Source of the DNA: Salpingoeca rosetta
Lineage: Eukaryota > Protista > Choanoflagellata
Assembly: GCA_033442325.1 (NCBI GenBank)
Contig: JAWQFM010000030.1
Location: forward strand, 606,465 to 649,790
DNA: 43,326 bases
Direction of reading: 5' to 3'
A model generated the notes under the pieces. The model did no database searches. It was not told where the DNA came from and saw nothing but the letters and a program-made list of their open reading frames with translations. The translations under genes were made by a program, and so were the position numbers. Shown piece after piece: positions 40,770-43,326 of the stretch. Within the stretch, counting starts at the first letter, position 1. The number at the start of each line of letters is the position of its first letter.

Positions 40770-41590
40770 TGTGCGTGTGCGTGCGCGTGTGCATGTATGT
40801 GTGTAAGTGAAGATGTGAATGCGAAGCAGGAAGAGAGAGCGTGTGTGTGTATGTGCATGCGCGCGAGGATGTGAATGCGAAGGAGAGCGCGTGTCCGTGT
40901 GCGTGTGTGTGTGTGTGTGCGTGTGCGTGAGCGCGTGCATGTGTGTGTATGTGTGTGTGTGTGTGTGTGAGAGTGGGTGTGAGCATGAGCGTGTGTCCGT
41001 GTGTGAAAGCGAAGGAGAGCGCGTGCGTGTGCGTGCGTGCGTGTGTGTGCGTGTGCGTGAGCGCGTGCATGTGTGTGTATGCGTGTGTATGAGTGATGGT
41101 ATGAATGCGAAGCAAAAGAGAGAGTGTGTGTGAGTGTGTGAGTGTGTGTGTGTGAGAGTGTGTGTGAGTGTGTGTGTGTGAGTGAGAGAGAGAGAGTGTG
41201 TGCGGGTGTGCGTGTGTGTGTGCGTGAGAGTGTGTGTAAGCGTGAGCGCGTGCATGTGAGTGTATGAGTGATGGTATGAATGCGAAGCAAGAGAGGGAGA
41301 GAGAGTGTGTGTGTGCGTGAGTGTGCGTGTGTGTGGGTGTGCGTGTGCGTGAGCGCGTGCATGTGTGTGTATGTGTGTGTATGAGTGATGGTATGAATGC
41401 GAAGCAAAAGAGAGAGAGTGTGTGTGAGAGAGTGTGTGAGTGTGAGTGAGTGTGTGAGTGTGTGTGTGTGTGAGTGTGAGCATGCGAGTGTGTGAGTGTG
41501 TGTGTGTGAGTGTGTGTGAGAGAGCGTGTGAGTGTGTGTGAGTATGAGTGATGGTATGCATGCGAAGCAGGGAGAGAGTGTGTGTATGGT
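40770..41590. repeat. Degenerate minisatellite built on GT microsatellite (probably intronic)
   Basis: Recurring block gagcgcgtgcatgtg...tgagtgatggtatgaatgcgaagcaa..gagagagtgtg at about 41060-41130, 41245-41305, 41351-41420 and 41540-41580, with partial copies at about 40810 and 40870. Confidence 0.75.
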
Positions 41591-41699
41591 TGCGAGCTCA
41601 CATGTAAGTGTACAGACGACAAGACGCACGCGCACATGTACACACACACACACACGCACGCAATATACAGAGCACATGAGAGCACTGGCAACGAACCAG

Positions 41700-43326
<1,627 letters not shown>

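Noticed and set aside
40770-41590. CRISPR-like repeat-spacer appearance
   Set aside because: Eukaryotic context, degenerate repeats, microsatellite spacers and no cas genes.

Overview
Eukaryotic, intron-dense, microsatellite-saturated draft genomic DNA with six N gaps. The composition (GT/CA-filled short introns, polyQ/D/H tracts, tyrosine-kinase signalling genes) is most like a choanoflagellate such as Salpingoeca (inference). Most ORFs in the supplied track are artefacts of (CA)n/(GT)n repeats. Manual splicing gives: (1) a minus-strand SH2-ankyrin-SH2-tyrosine kinase (Shark/HTK16 type) running off the window start; (2) a divergent plus-strand RAPGEF2/6 (PDZ-GEF)-like gene of about 16 kb; (3) a minus-strand membrane protein with a tiny ectodomain and a long tail bearing tyrosine motifs; (4) a minus-strand RG-rich chromodomain protein carrying an internal histone H3 N-terminal mimic (MAKGKQTARK); (5) a plus-strand multipass membrane protein whose ATG is 129 bp from that of gene 4; (6) a 5'-truncated RLE-type non-LTR retrotransposon fragment flanked by (CA)n; (7) a polyQ C2H2 zinc-finger ORF with an in-frame TGA upstream. 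The best leads are the H3 mimic plus chromodomain in one protein, the consistent 5'-GT/3'-CA complementary polarity of introns, the Shark-type kinase, and the microsatellite-embedded retroelement. Exon boundaries were read by eye and are unverified.
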